Sequence record: NZ_CP124633.1
Direction: 5' to 3' (one strand)
Length of the DNA stretch: 64,000 bases
Source of the DNA: a plasmid
Both the position numbers and the translations under genes were made by a program. Each line of letters starts with the position of its first letter. Position 1 is the stretch's first letter. The notes under the pieces are model-generated. The model worked only from the letters and a program-made list of their open reading frames with translations. It was not told where the DNA came from and made no database searches. Positions 37,392-46,552 of this stretch are shown piece after piece.

Positions 37392-37781
37392 TCAGCAGGT
37401 CAGCGGATCAACCGGTGCGATCAGTTGATCGAGGGAGCCCAGCTTGAGCTCCTTCCTGACCGGTGTTTTGGCCTTGGGTGTCGCCTTGGCCGGTTTGGAT
37501 TTGCGCGCGCGCTTGGGCTTTTGCACTTCGCGCGTGTTGGCCAGATACCAGTCATTGAGGTTGACTTTCTTCAACCGGACGATCGCCGGGACGTCGCTGA
37601 TGTGTTCCAGCTCTTTGGCGGTCGGGCCAGCAAGCATGGCGGGCTCGATACGCTGGACACTCGACGCAACCGGTGCTTGTGCTTGCACTACGACCGGAGG
37701 GCGACTGAGCGCTCTGCGGAACTCACGCACAACACTGCCGAGGGCAAAGCCGATTTCGAAGCTGGTGGATTGCTTGGACAT
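37392..37781 (-). CDS. Hypothetical basic protein (129 aa).
   Basis: RBS GCAGGAGAAACACC, which lies inside leader copy B. Confidence 0.5.
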   Translation of the reverse strand: MSKQSTSFEIGFALGSVVREFRRALSRPPVVVQAQAPVASSVQRIEPAMLAGPTAKELEHISDVPAIVRLKKVNLNDWYLANTREVQKPKRARKSKPAKATPKAKTPVRKELKLGSLDQLIAPVDPLTC

Positions 37782-38700
37782 GGTGTTTCTCCTGCAGGTT
37801 GAGGGTGCGGAGAAAACACTGGCCCTGGCGGGGAAGTGGATTCCCCGCTGGGTTGCGGAAGGGAGCTTCTATCGACCGAGGCCGACCGACCGTGCTACCA
37901 GAAGCTATACGGTCTTGGGTTGGATCAACACGCTGGGCTGTGCTGCAGCACTTCGGATCCGAGCTGCATGGGGCATGTCGCTGACAACGTCAGCAGATCA
38001 CGCGCTCATCATCGAAGCGGGGGGCGAAAGTGTCAAGGTCAAGCAGGAGGGGGAGCGGATGCAGGATGCAGCGGGCGGAGAGCGAGGGCGGAAGAGCGCG
38101 GCTGGTAGAAACCCTGTCAAAGGTTTCCCCAGCCGTGTCTGGAAGGGGAGTCAAGTGAGCCACCTGTGGTTGAATCGTCGATCCCTGGGCATTGATCGTC
38201 TCGATCCCATCACCCGGCCATTATCGTGGCTTGGCCAGCAAACAGTAGGCACGCATCCGCGTACAAAGGGAGCCCTGCGTATCACCGGCGGGCCACCGGC
38301 AGGGAGAAGGATCCCGATGGGTAGCCTGATGGTCCTGGAGCAGGAGCATCAGGCTACCCATGGAGAGGGAAAAGGAGGGGCCGTAACACCAGTACGACCC
38401 TTAAATCGAGGAAACACCGAACCTCTTGAGAACCCTATGTGCCTTTAAACTCGCTCGACACGAGTTGACGGCTGCATGACAAGCAAAAGAACAGGGAGAC
38501 ACAGGGAGAATTCTCAACCAGATCCGCACGCCCCACCCGGTGTTGTAGCGTGCTTACGGTTTGGCGATGAGGCGAACCTGCATCACCAGGGCGCTACTGA
38601 TGACCGTCAGTAGCCAGCGGGGTGAAATCAAAGTTGATGGCATTATGTGTTCAGAAGGCCGGTTTATCAAGCAGCGCCGGGGTTTACTGGCTTCTGGAGG

Positions 38701-39138
38701 TTATTTGACCGCGACCACCGCGCCCTCGGGGATGGGAGCAGGGAGCGCAATGGCAGTGGCTCCGAGGCGGCGTGTGACTAACTGGCCGTTGCGCCTGACG
38801 CCAACTAGGTCGGATTCCGTACCGGCATCCACGGCTGCCGCCAGCCCTGCCGGCGGCGAGGCGATGAAGGCGTAGCTGGTGCCGGCGGCGATGTAGCCCT
38901 GAAGCCGCACTGGCTTGCGGAACCAGGCCGGTAGACCAAGAGCGGAGTCCGCCGGCGAACCGCTGAAACCGGGGTTGGCGTGTGCGTACTCCGCCAGCCT
39001 GGCGCGGTAGAGCAGCAAGCTCCTGGCCAGGGTGTCGACCTCGGCCAGTTCGGCGCTCGAGGTCGCGTGGTCGCTTTGTACACTCAGCCAGGTCCCGGTG
39101 AGCAGGGCGAGCAATAGGGCAATCCAGAGCAGCGGCAT
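38701..39138 (-). CDS. pilM: Type IVB pilus protein PilM-like.
   Basis: N-terminal TM helix. Last gene of the pil cluster. Confidence 0.5.
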   Translation of the reverse strand: MPLLWIALLLALLTGTWLSVQSDHATSSAELAEVDTLARSLLLYRARLAEYAHANPGFSGSPADSALGLPAWFRKPVRLQGYIAAGTSYAFIASPPAGLAAAVDAGTESDLVGVRRNGQLVTRRLGATAIALPAPIPEGAVVAVK

Positions 39139-39155
39139 GATATCTGGACGACTCC

Positions 39156-40535
39156 CTAGTTGAGGTAGGTTGCCGTCACACGCATGCCGGCGGAGTTACC
39201 GAATCCTGCGAGCACAACGGTGCTGTATAGGCAGAACCGGTGTCCGGCTTTAACCATGGCGGAGATCGAGGCGTCTTCAACTACGTCAGCGTTTCGCCCA
39301 GCGGTGGAGCGCGCTTGACCGACGATCACTCCATCGACTTCCAGGCGCAGAACTCCGGGGCCGGAGCCATTGATCAGCGCGTCCCTGGAGACCGCTTGGC
39401 AGTGGGTGCGGGGTCGGTTATCGGCGGGATACTGTGCCAGCACCACAGGGGTGGCGATATTCACGCCACTGGGCCGTTTCCACAGCCCATCGGTGCAGAA
39501 TAGGGGGCCGCTGTTGTCTCTGCCTACCAGGCCATTGGGGGAGCATCCTGCATTTTCTGCCGCCAAACCATTGATCTGAAGGTACTCGCCGACGGTCGTT
39601 CTGCCTTCGGAGGTGAGCTTTCCTCCTCTGAGCTCACCGCCGGTATAGACGCTCTTGTTCATCCACGACCTGACCCAGGCGCTGTCGCTCATGTACCAGC
39701 CACCGTCCCATTTCTCGTTGTACCAGCCCGAGTTGCCGCGGGTCCTGAACCAGCCTCCGGTGTACGTCTCGCCGGCGACGTCAGCAGTGCCGGCTTTCAC
39801 CGTGCCAGTGGCTGTCACGTTGCGCGCGCTGATGTCCGCGCTGGTCGTGATGTTTCCGCTGGCGGTGATCGCTCCGGCTGCTGCGATATTGTTGCCGCCC
39901 ATATTCAATGCCGTGTTCATCCGGTTGAGCTCGGGATGACCCGGGACGGCATTGCGGTAGAGGTACTCGTTGGCGATGGCACCGTCCTGGAAGAACAGCG
40001 CCGTCGCCAGGTGTCCAGCACCGGGAGCGCTACCGAAATTGCTTAACGCCACCTGCCAGGCGGCGCCCTGAGCAATGCCGGTATTGGTTTTCGAGATGTA
40101 GCCACCCTGGGCGCCCATGAGCTGGGCGATCCGCCGGATCGACATCTCCGGGGCCGCTTGCCCACCCGTGGTGACGATCAGCGTTTCGAGTTGGTTCGCG
40201 GCGGGCTTGCGAGCCCGCACCTGGTACTGCTGGCCGAAGATGTTGGTGTCGCTGAAGCCTGCGGGCAGGTAGCGGGTGTTGCGCAGCATCGGGACGGTGA
40301 TCACCGCCGGGGCCGTGGCGCCGGCGCTGGCCAGAACCGTGCTGAAGTTGTCCTTCAGGTACTTCTCCGCTGCCTTGGCCACCTGCTGTTGCTGCTGGGC
40401 CGCGTGCTGTTCATTCAGGCCGTCTAGATAGCTCATCAAGACTGAAATCCCGCCGGTAGTCGCGATGGCGATGATGATCAGGGCGATCATTAATTCAATC
40501 GAGATAAAGCCGCGGTTGATCTTGGTGTTATTCAT
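39156..40535 (-). CDS. pilV: Type IVB minor pilin/adhesin PilV-like.
   Basis: Prepilin N-terminus RGFISIELMIALIIIAI. 459 aa. No shufflon repeats seen downstream. Confidence 0.7.
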   Translation of the reverse strand: MNNTKINRGFISIELMIALIIIAIATTGGISVLMSYLDGLNEQHAAQQQQQVAKAAEKYLKDNFSTVLASAGATAPAVITVPMLRNTRYLPAGFSDTNIFGQQYQVRARKPAANQLETLIVTTGGQAAPEMSIRRIAQLMGAQGGYISKTNTGIAQGAAWQVALSNFGSAPGAGHLATALFFQDGAIANEYLYRNAVPGHPELNRMNTALNMGGNNIAAAGAITASGNITTSADISARNVTATGTVKAGTADVAGETYTGGWFRTRGNSGWYNEKWDGGWYMSDSAWVRSWMNKSVYTGGELRGGKLTSEGRTTVGEYLQINGLAAENAGCSPNGLVGRDNSGPLFCTDGLWKRPSGVNIATPVVLAQYPADNRPRTHCQAVSRDALINGSGPGVLRLEVDGVIVGQARSTAGRNADVVEDASISAMVKAGHRFCLYSTVVLAGFGNSAGMRVTATYLN

Positions 40536-41484
40536 AGGTTGGCTCCCACAGGCTTCTGCGAGCCTGGCGATTCACGTCGTCCTCAAGCAGGTGAATCTGC
40601 TGCCGGCGAATCTTGTCGCGCATGGCGACGGAGTCCATCCCGGTGAATAGCAACGGTTCCGCATGCAGTCGTCGAGCTGCGCCATCGCTTACCAGTTCCT
40701 GGCAGATCACGCCCTGAATGCCTTCAGCCACAACATCGTAGGCATTGGACGCGAGGGGTTTGGCCAGGGTGATAAGCCGTTCGATGGCTTGCGGGCAGTT
40801 CTTGGCGTGGATGGTCGATATGACTAGGTTGCCGTTCAGCGAAGCTTTGCAAGCCTGATAGGCGGTGTCTTCGTCGCGGATCTCGCCAATCAGCACCAGG
40901 TCGGCTCCGGTACGCAGCGTGCGCAACAGGGCTTCGCTGTAGCCTCCCGAGCGTCGCGAGGTCCTGACCTGGATACAGCGGCCTAGGCCATGCTGGCCGC
41001 TGAGATTGGTTTCCTGCGGATCTTCGACGGTGAAGCCCACCCCGCCCAGGGTTTGCAGTCGGGCGAGGATCAGAGAGGCGGCAGAGGAGGTTTTTCCGGT
41101 CGCCATATCGCCACAGAACAGAATCAACCCCTGCAACTGCGGAGCCATCAGGGCGGAGACCACTTCGCTCGGATAGCCGATGTCTTCGAAGCTTCTGACT
41201 TGGGCCGTCGATCGGCGCAGCACGAAGACACTCCCGCCGTTGAAAGCATCTTCCAGTTGGGTAACGCGCAGTAGCACGCCGTCGACGACGATGGCGAACT
41301 CAGGATCCTGCAGCTCCTCCAGCGTTTGCCTGCAGATCTGGAGCAGTTCCTGGGCGTGCGGCTCCCACTCGCGAGGCACTTCGACTCGGCGCGCGCCGGC
41401 GCCGGCCAGGCCTTTCACGTCGGCGAAGCCTTCACCGAGGTAGAGGTCGACGAACTGGGCCTGGATGATCGGGTTCACACTCAC
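40528..41484 (-). CDS. pilT: PilT-family pilus ATPase.
   Basis: Walker A GDMATGKT. PilT/PilU-like motifs. Confidence 0.75.
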   Translation of the reverse strand: MSVNPIIQAQFVDLYLGEGFADVKGLAGAGARRVEVPREWEPHAQELLQICRQTLEELQDPEFAIVVDGVLLRVTQLEDAFNGGSVFVLRRSTAQVRSFEDIGYPSEVVSALMAPQLQGLILFCGDMATGKTSSAASLILARLQTLGGVGFTVEDPQETNLSGQHGLGRCIQVRTSRRSGGYSEALLRTLRTGADLVLIGEIRDEDTAYQACKASLNGNLVISTIHAKNCPQAIERLITLAKPLASNAYDVVAEGIQGVICQELVSDGAARRLHAEPLLFTGMDSVAMRDKIRRQQIHLLEDDVNRQARRSLWEPTYE

Positions 41485-42011
41485 GAACTATAGGTCCAGG
41501 TGATGCTGTTGCTGTCGCTGCTGCAGGCCTGGGTCGCGGCTGCGGTGGTCACTTCTCCGGTGATCGCGGATCCGCTGTTGATCTTGGTCTGCTCGAAGGT
41601 GTTCTTCGCGATCTTGGTACTTAGGGTGATGCAGGCGTCCTTGGGCAGCTTGCTGGTGGTGATCGAGAAGCCCATGCCGGTGGACGAGACAGTGACCGAT
41701 CCGCCGTAGACGTTGTAGACGACGCCGGAGGAGACACTCATGTTCTTCGGCACGCCGTTGATTGCGATCAGGCTCGGGATCAGGTTGGTACCGCTGGAGC
41801 CGTAGCCCGAAGAGGTCTTCAGGGCGCGTGCGTTGGCCGCAATGACGCTGATGTTGCGCTGTTCCTCGTTGGCGTTGGACGAACTGAACATCCCTGCCGC
41901 TGCGGCCAGCCCCAGGCCGACTCCGATGGCGATGATGATCAGCACGATGATCATCTCGATGGAAACGAAACCGCCCTGCGTCGGACGGGAAGTGCGTTGC
42001 GTAGTGCTCAT
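41481..42011 (-). CDS. pilS: Type IVB major prepilin PilS-like.
   Basis: QGG|FVSIEMIIVLIII prepilin cleavage region. AAGGAG RBS. Confidence 0.75.
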   Translation of the reverse strand: MSTTQRTSRPTQGGFVSIEMIIVLIIIAIGVGLGLAAAAGMFSSSNANEEQRNISVIAANARALKTSSGYGSSGTNLIPSLIAINGVPKNMSVSSGVVYNVYGGSVTVSSTGMGFSITTSKLPKDACITLSTKIAKNTFEQTKINSGSAITGEVTTAAATQACSSDSNSITWTYSS

Positions 42012-42032
42012 GGAGCGCTCCTTGGTGAGGTT

Positions 42033-43118
42033 TCAGTGGTTCATGGATTGGATGAGCTGCTGTGCCTGGTAGGCGCCGAGCAGGACCAGGATCATCAGCG
42101 CGCCGATGAAGATCAGGGCGAAGTTCTTCACCAGCCCGGCGGCCAGCTCGATCTGCTTGAGGCTGGTCTCCTGCCAGCGGCGGCTGAACTTGACCAGCGC
42201 TTCGGAGAAGCCTCCCCGGTTGGCGAGGATGCACAGGTACTGGATGGCCTGTCGGTCGGGGAAATCGTGACCGGCGCTGCGAAGGGCGACTCCCAGGTTA
42301 TGGCCCAGGCCCACGCCGTAGCGGGCAGCTTCCAAGCGCTGCTTCAGCCAGGGCGGGGAGATCTTGATCATGCTGGCCAGGCTGTCGTAAGGGCGTATGC
42401 CGGCGTTGAGCATGACCGCCATGTTCAGCAGGAAGGTGGTGCCTTGGAGCATGCGGTAGATGGACCAGGGCGGCAGCGTCCGGTCCAGCCAGACCCGGCC
42501 TTTCCAGCGGTAGGTCGGCAAGGTGACGATGACCACCACCGTGAGAGTGATGACGGCGACCAGAACGTAGATACCAGGTCCTGTGACGAAGCTGGCAATG
42601 GCGTTGAGCGTGGCGAGTGGGCCGGTCCAGGTGACTGGGTCGGAAAGCCTGGCCAGGCTGGGGACCATGCGATAGGCCACGATGCACAGCAGGAACACCA
42701 TCATGGCGGACAGCGCCGAGGGGTAGAGCAGCGCCTGCCAGATGGTGGCGCGGATCCTGGCCTGGGCCTCGACCAGGGAGACGGCATCGCCCATGGCCTG
42801 AACCAGGTTGCCGCTCATCTCGCCGGCTTCGATCAGCGCTCGCTCCTGGGCGGGCAGATAGAGCGCCATGGCGGTGGCCAGACGCTTGCCGTTGGACAGC
42901 CCCATCAGCGCTTCGCGACTGGCGATGGCCACCGGATGAAACGGATGCTGTCCCTCATGAGCGAAGATCTTGTGTACCTCTGCCACAGCGTCCTTCAGCG
43001 GGACCCCGTTTTCGAGCAGGGTGGACATGCTTTCGTAGAACTGCAGGCGTTCCTTGCGACCGAACTGCTTGCTGTAGAAGGCGAACTGCAACTGCTCCCA
43101 GAAGCCCCCCATCAGCAC
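42033..43118 (-). CDS. pilR: Pilus assembly inner-membrane protein PilR (GspF/PilC family).
   Basis: 361 aa polytopic protein. Overlaps pilQ. Confidence 0.75.
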   Translation of the reverse strand: MLMGGFWEQLQFAFYSKQFGRKERLQFYESMSTLLENGVPLKDAVAEVHKIFAHEGQHPFHPVAIASREALMGLSNGKRLATAMALYLPAQERALIEAGEMSGNLVQAMGDAVSLVEAQARIRATIWQALLYPSALSAMMVFLLCIVAYRMVPSLARLSDPVTWTGPLATLNAIASFVTGPGIYVLVAVITLTVVVIVTLPTYRWKGRVWLDRTLPPWSIYRMLQGTTFLLNMAVMLNAGIRPYDSLASMIKISPPWLKQRLEAARYGVGLGHNLGVALRSAGHDFPDRQAIQYLCILANRGGFSEALVKFSRRWQETSLKQIELAAGLVKNFALIFIGALMILVLLGAYQAQQLIQSMNH

Positions 43119-44692
43119 GCCTCCTGCGAGTAGAAGCTATCGTCGAGCAGATGCTCATCGAAGTCGAGTGGCCCAATGAAATCCTCGACCATCTGCGGGT
43201 CGAACATGCCCTCGTTGATGCGGCGGATGGCGTGGGCGTGCTTGGTGATGCCCTGCATGGTCTTGACCCAGTAGTTGCGTGCCTCGGCTGGGCCGCCTTT
43301 GGCGAACACACGCATGAAGGCCAGGGTGGGCATCACCACCTCGGCGACGATCGAGCGGCCGTTGACCCCGGAGCCACGGCAGGCCTGGCAGCCAGGCCCC
43401 TTGACGTACACCTGGGAAACATCGGTCAAGCGCTGGACCCGTTCGACCAGATCGGGCGCGAGCTGGTCTTGGTGGTCTTGGAAGCGCACTTTGCAGTGGG
43501 GGCAGAGCTTGGGCAGCAGGCTCTGGTTGATCAGACCGGTCAGCAGGGCCGGATCGAACAGCAAGCCGGGGTCGACGCCCAGGTCCTTGAGGCGCTGGAC
43601 AATGCCGATCGCGCTATTGGTGTGCAGGGTCGACCACAGGCCGTGCCCGGTCATCGCGCCACGGAAGGCGGCGACAGCGGCGAAGAGGTCGCGCACTTCG
43701 CCGATCATCATGTAGTCCGGATCCAGGCGCATGCCGTTGGCGATGCCTGCGGCCCAGGCCTGGCGTTCTGCGTCTGGGTCAGTGGCGTCATAGACCAGTG
43801 GGGTCTGGTTGATGCCTTCGCCGCGAATGCGGTATTCCGGTGGATCCTCGATGGTCAGGATATGCTTGGATCCGCCATGCAGCTTATCGAGTCCTTCCAT
43901 GGTGACCTTCAAGGTCATCGACTTCCCTGACCCGGTGGGGCCGGACAGGATGTTGATGCCGTAAGGCATGCGCATCATGCGATCGAACAGCGCGTTCTGC
44001 TCGGGCAGGTAGCCGAGCTGCTCCAGGCTGTCGAGGCCGGTATCGTCGTAGAGCAGCCGCAGGATCATCAGGAACCCACCGGCGCGCGGGCGGGTCGCGA
44101 TCCGGGCGCCGAACAGGTTCAGCTTCTCGACGAAGGCCTGGCTCATCCGCGCGTCCTGGTCCAATTGCGGCTTGAAAAGCGGCTCGGCCACGTCGCACAT
44201 GGACTGGTAGATGGTTGCGCAAAGTTCGTGCAGTTCCTGGCTGCGGTACTGCTCGACGGTCTTCAGCAGGCCGTCGACGCGGAAACGGATCTTGCTGCCG
44301 GTGCCGGCGGGACTCACGACGAAATGCACGTCACTGGCGCGCAGCTCTGTGGCCTTACGAATGATCTTGACCACGCGCTCCTGCATCTGGGTGGCGCGCT
44401 GGCCATCGCTATCGACCAGGCCGTCCATGGCGACGGCGCGGTAGAGCTGGTGAATGGTCTGCAGGTCGGTGAGGTTGAGCTGGTATCGGAAGCCACGGCG
44501 ATCGAGACGGTCGATGAACGACAGAACGTGAATGTCGTTCTGGTGGCTCTCCGATAGATAGAGCGTGCCGTCGGCGGCCAGGGCCATGATCTCTTGCAGG
44601 TGTTTCGAGACCTCCCACTCGCCACCGTCGGCGGTGAGCAGTTGGGTCACCATGGAGGGCTGTGCAAGCGCGGCAATTTGAAGGTTCGTCAT
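43112..44692 (-). CDS. pilQ: Pilus assembly ATPase PilQ (GspE family).
   Basis: Walker A GPTGSGKS. Tetracysteine motif CPHC...CQAC. Confidence 0.85.
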   Translation of the reverse strand: MTNLQIAALAQPSMVTQLLTADGGEWEVSKHLQEIMALAADGTLYLSESHQNDIHVLSFIDRLDRRGFRYQLNLTDLQTIHQLYRAVAMDGLVDSDGQRATQMQERVVKIIRKATELRASDVHFVVSPAGTGSKIRFRVDGLLKTVEQYRSQELHELCATIYQSMCDVAEPLFKPQLDQDARMSQAFVEKLNLFGARIATRPRAGGFLMILRLLYDDTGLDSLEQLGYLPEQNALFDRMMRMPYGINILSGPTGSGKSMTLKVTMEGLDKLHGGSKHILTIEDPPEYRIRGEGINQTPLVYDATDPDAERQAWAAGIANGMRLDPDYMMIGEVRDLFAAVAAFRGAMTGHGLWSTLHTNSAIGIVQRLKDLGVDPGLLFDPALLTGLINQSLLPKLCPHCKVRFQDHQDQLAPDLVERVQRLTDVSQVYVKGPGCQACRGSGVNGRSIVAEVVMPTLAFMRVFAKGGPAEARNYWVKTMQGITKHAHAIRRINEGMFDPQMVEDFIGPLDFDEHLLDDSFYSQEAC

Positions 44693-44700
44693 GGCGGTAC

Positions 44701-45234
44701 CTACTGGATGAACGGCTGCGGTACCGCCCCGGGCAGCGCCGGCGGAACGGAGGCGCCTTGGGCCGAGGAGGCGGCTTGGGTGGGGGCAACGCTGGAGAAG
44801 CCCACGGGCACGCGGTTGCCGTCCTTGTCGGTGAGTACGACCTGGTCCAGGGAGATCGACTCGACGCGGTAGTTGCCCGGCAGCTCCGCGCCGCTGGCGG
44901 CGTCCACCTCGTACCCGCCCGGGAACAAGAATGTGGCAGTCATCTTGCCGCCGGCGCCGTAGATGGTCCGCACCACCGGCGGAACCGGCTGCGTGATCGT
45001 CGGCGGCGCCGGCGGCACCGGCATGGCGAACGTCTGCCCCTGGGCGCTGACGACCTGGCCGGTTTCGCCTTTGCCCTCCAGTTGCCGTTGCGCCGTGGCC
45101 AGACGCACCTTGGCCTCGGTGAGGATGGCCTGGGCCTGGATCTCCGCCAGTTCGCCAACGGTGCCGGCGCAGGCCTGGCCGGACGCGAGGAGGAAGAGCA
45201 CGGCCACGGCCATGCCGATCGGCTCAGTTCGCAT
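44701..45234 (-). CDS. pilP: PilP-like lipoprotein.
   Basis: Signal peptide and Pro-rich region. Confidence 0.6.
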   Translation of the reverse strand: MRTEPIGMAVAVLFLLASGQACAGTVGELAEIQAQAILTEAKVRLATAQRQLEGKGETGQVVSAQGQTFAMPVPPAPPTITQPVPPVVRTIYGAGGKMTATFLFPGGYEVDAASGAELPGNYRVESISLDQVVLTDKDGNRVPVGFSSVAPTQAASSAQGASVPPALPGAVPQPFIQ

Positions 45235-46549
45235 AGATTTCTCCTGTGACAGTCCAGTCCAACTGGCTGTCCTTGAGCGTGGTTTCGAGGTTGGTGATGC
45301 GGACCCCGGCGGCGGGCAGCCCCTGGAAGGTCAGGTCTGCCGGGAGCCTGGTCTGGGCGCTGAAGGTGAATTTCTTCCAGGAGGGCAACACCAGTTGCTG
45401 CTCCGTCGCCGCTTCCGCGCCAGGAAGGGGAGGGGTTGTCTCCTGGCTGATCGACAGCTTGGGCTCGACACCCTGACGGTAGAGATGGCTGGTCAGCGCC
45501 TGCAGCGTGTCGTCGGCTGGCTGCAGCGGCTCATCGCTACCGATGGCGACTTTCAGGTCAACCTTCAGGGCCGCGGTGTTGCCGTTGTCGATGACGAAGG
45601 CGGGGCGGCCGGTGAACAGGTGCTGGCTGGCCGCTGTCAGGTCGGCTGCCGTGCTGTTGCCGGTACGGTGGTAGGTGGCGACCAGGACCCTGCCGTCGCA
45701 CTTGCTGGATTCGAAGAGCCAGCCCTGGATCGACAGCGACAGTACCCCCGTTGCCTTGCTACAGGCGCGTAGCATGTCCTCGAGGTCAGGCATGAGCGTC
45801 CAAGGCTTCTGCAATGACGCCAGGTCCAGCGGCTGCTTGGCCTGGGCGTTCTTCTCGGCCAGCTCGGCGAGGCGCCTCTGCTCCTCGAGGAGCGCGGCTT
45901 GTCTGGCGAGCTCTTGCTGGTGGGCATTCCATAGGTAGTAGGCGGTTAGCGACCCGCCTACCAAGCAACCGAGCAGGGCCACTGCCGTCCACTCCCTGGC
46001 GGACAAGCCGAAGGTGAGTTGCCGGAGGCGGTAGTCGCGCCGCAGGCGCTTCGGCGCGAGCAGCTCCTCGATGTCGAAGTCCTTGACGGGGAAATCGAAC
46101 CCTTCGGGAACGAAGACCTGTGCGTTTCGCAGCACGCCGCGCGTAGAGAGCTTCCTGACCCGGTCCCGGGCCTCGTCGAGGGTGGTGACCACATCCTGCC
46201 CGGGGACAATTGCGCCATCGAGCGTGGCGACCAGCGCGTAGCGGTCCTCGTCGATTTTCCAGCAGGCCAGGAAGTCGCCGTCGAACTGGCCTGAAAGCGC
46301 CGAGGCCAGGGAGTACATGCCCTTGACTGCGCCTTGCGACTTCGAAACGAAGCCGGCCTGAATCACCGTCGGCGAATGGCGGATGGCAACGATGTCCAGA
46401 TGCTCTTCCTTGCCCAGCTTGCGCGCTTCCTTCATGTACTGCCGCTGGCTGGACAGCGGCCGCCAGAACAGGCCGCTGACGAACTTGTTGCCGTGGTAGC
46501 TCAGGATCGAGACGTCTGGTCCACGGCTGCCGAGGTCAGGCTTCTCCAT
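45224..46549 (-). CDS. pilO: PilO-like protein.
   Basis: 441 aa with a central TM helix. Sits between pilN and pilP. Confidence 0.6.
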   Translation of the reverse strand: MEKPDLGSRGPDVSILSYHGNKFVSGLFWRPLSSQRQYMKEARKLGKEEHLDIVAIRHSPTVIQAGFVSKSQGAVKGMYSLASALSGQFDGDFLACWKIDEDRYALVATLDGAIVPGQDVVTTLDEARDRVRKLSTRGVLRNAQVFVPEGFDFPVKDFDIEELLAPKRLRRDYRLRQLTFGLSAREWTAVALLGCLVGGSLTAYYLWNAHQQELARQAALLEEQRRLAELAEKNAQAKQPLDLASLQKPWTLMPDLEDMLRACSKATGVLSLSIQGWLFESSKCDGRVLVATYHRTGNSTAADLTAASQHLFTGRPAFVIDNGNTAALKVDLKVAIGSDEPLQPADDTLQALTSHLYRQGVEPKLSISQETTPPLPGAEAATEQQLVLPSWKKFTFSAQTRLPADLTFQGLPAAGVRITNLETTLKDSQLDWTVTGEIYAN

Positions 46550-46552
46550 GGT

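Larger units (their letters stand above)
35552..38150 (-). promoter_or_regulatory. Six or more copies of a conserved ~50-nt structured leader element upstream of small minus-strand genes.
   Basis: Copies at about 35552-35603, 35847-35900, 36079-36133, 36708-36768, 37806-37865 and 38103-38150. Plus-strand consensus: GGAGAAACACC-N3-CCC-N2-4-GGGGA-N4-7-TCCCC-N2-4-TGGGT. Confidence 0.6.
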
